This document shows, one piece after another, positions 46,733-47,363 of a stretch of 47,363 nucleotides of DNA; position 1 is the stretch's first letter; every line of letters begins with the position of its first letter. Source of the stretch: an uncultured Gammaproteobacteria bacterium (lineage in GTDB: Bacteria; Patescibacteriota; Microgenomatia; Daviesbacterales; UBA10151); NCBI GenBank assembly GCA_964387865.1, contig CAYLXC010000003.1, forward strand, positions 15,833 to 63,195, read 5' to 3'. The notes beneath the pieces are model-generated. The model ran no database searches, was not told the DNA's origin, and was given only the letters and a program-made list of their open reading frames with translations. Made by a program: the position numbers and the translations under genes.

Positions 46733-47363
46733 ATGAGGATTCTTATACTATCATGGAGAGGTCCGAATCATCCTCATGCTGGTGGAGCAGAAAAATCTAC
46801 TCATGAACATGCTAAGGGATGGGTTATGGCAGGTCACCATGTCACTCTATTCACCTCATCTTTCCAAGGAGCCAAGACGGAAGAAGCAGTAGACGGAGTA
46901 AATATAATAAGACGTGGATCTCAAATCTTTGGGGTCCACTGGCAGGCTTTCAAATGGTATGTATTTGGCAATCATCCGAAATACGATTTGGTGATAGATC
47001 AGTTCCACGGTATCCCATTCTTTACCCCTTTGTTTATTAGGCAGAAGAAACTTGCCTTCATTCATGAAGTCTCAAAAGAAGTATGGAGTCTAAATCCCTG
47101 GCCAAGGCCCTTAAATTTAATACCAGCCATTATAGGCACAATCTTTGAACCGTTACTCTTTCAGCTGTTATATAAGAATGTTCCATTCATGACGGTTTCG
47201 TCCTCAACGAAAAATGATTTAATTGATTGGGGTATCCCTAAAAAAAATATTACTGTCATTCATAACGGATTAAATCAACACCCACTTAAAAAAATCCCGA
47301 TAAAAGAAAAGAAAAAGACTTTAATTTTTCTGGGGGCATTGGCTAAAGATAAGGGAATAGAAG
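46733..47363 (+). CDS. GT4 glycosyltransferase (partial, runs off the window)
   Basis: Read manually from ATG 46733: MRILILSWRGPNHPHAGGAEKSTHEHAKGWVMAGHHVTLFT...EEAVDGVNIIRRG...DQFHGIPFFTP. Not in the ORF track because there is no stop in the window. Confidence 0.9.
   Translation, partial: MRILILSWRGPNHPHAGGAEKSTHEHAKGWVMAGHHVTLFTSSFQGAKTEEAVDGVNIIRRGSQIFGVHWQAFKWYVFGNHPKYDLVIDQFHGIPFFTPLFIRQKKLAFIHEVSKEVWSLNPWPRPLNLIPAIIGTIFEPLLFQLLYKNVPFMTVSSSTKNDLIDWGIPKKNITVIHNGLNQHPLKKIPIKEKKKTLIFLGALAKDKGIE

Noticed and set aside
46819-47065. ORFs 46819-47040 (+) and 46856-47065 (-)
   Set aside because: They overlap the real GT4 frame starting at 46733, which the track missed.
1-47363. Alternative genetic code (TGA read-through) or frameshifted pseudogenes
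   Set aside because: TGA serves as stop at many ATGA junctions with full-length proteins under code 11; paralog lengths are consistent and no split genes are evident.
1-47363. CRISPR arrays, tRNA/rRNA, IS elements, integrases, intrinsic terminators
   Set aside because: Intergenic spaces are at most about 75 bp, and no regular repeat-spacer pattern, transposase motif or GC-rich hairpin with U-tract was found by eye.

Overview
An AT-rich, very gene-dense window that is almost entirely one cell-envelope glycosylation locus, running off both ends. It encodes NDP-sugar enzymes (long-form rmlA, rmlB, rmlC, a divergent gmd; no rmlD or fcl), four polyprenol-phosphate-sugar-synthase-type GT2 domains (one fused to GtrA, one fused to a GT-C), three other GT2s, two GT4s (one ALG11-like), two Wzx/MOP flippases and 19 multi-TM GT-C-like proteins. 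These fall into five motif families: 8 ArnT/PMT-like 'DE', 4 PF10131/YfhO-like 'DD', 3 'HDxxWH' proteins with STT3/AglB-like traits, 2 'FHPDI' GT87/ALG6-like, and 2 'NFDG' PIG-V-like. The parts list resembles a bacterial counterpart of the eukaryotic/archaeal dolichol-linked glycosylation pathway. Gene content, overlapping genes, genetic code 11 and near-leaderless promoters suggest a CPR/Patescibacteria (Microgenomates-like) genome; this is inference. No RNA genes, CRISPR arrays or mobile elements were seen. All family calls are by-eye motif recognition, not database searches.
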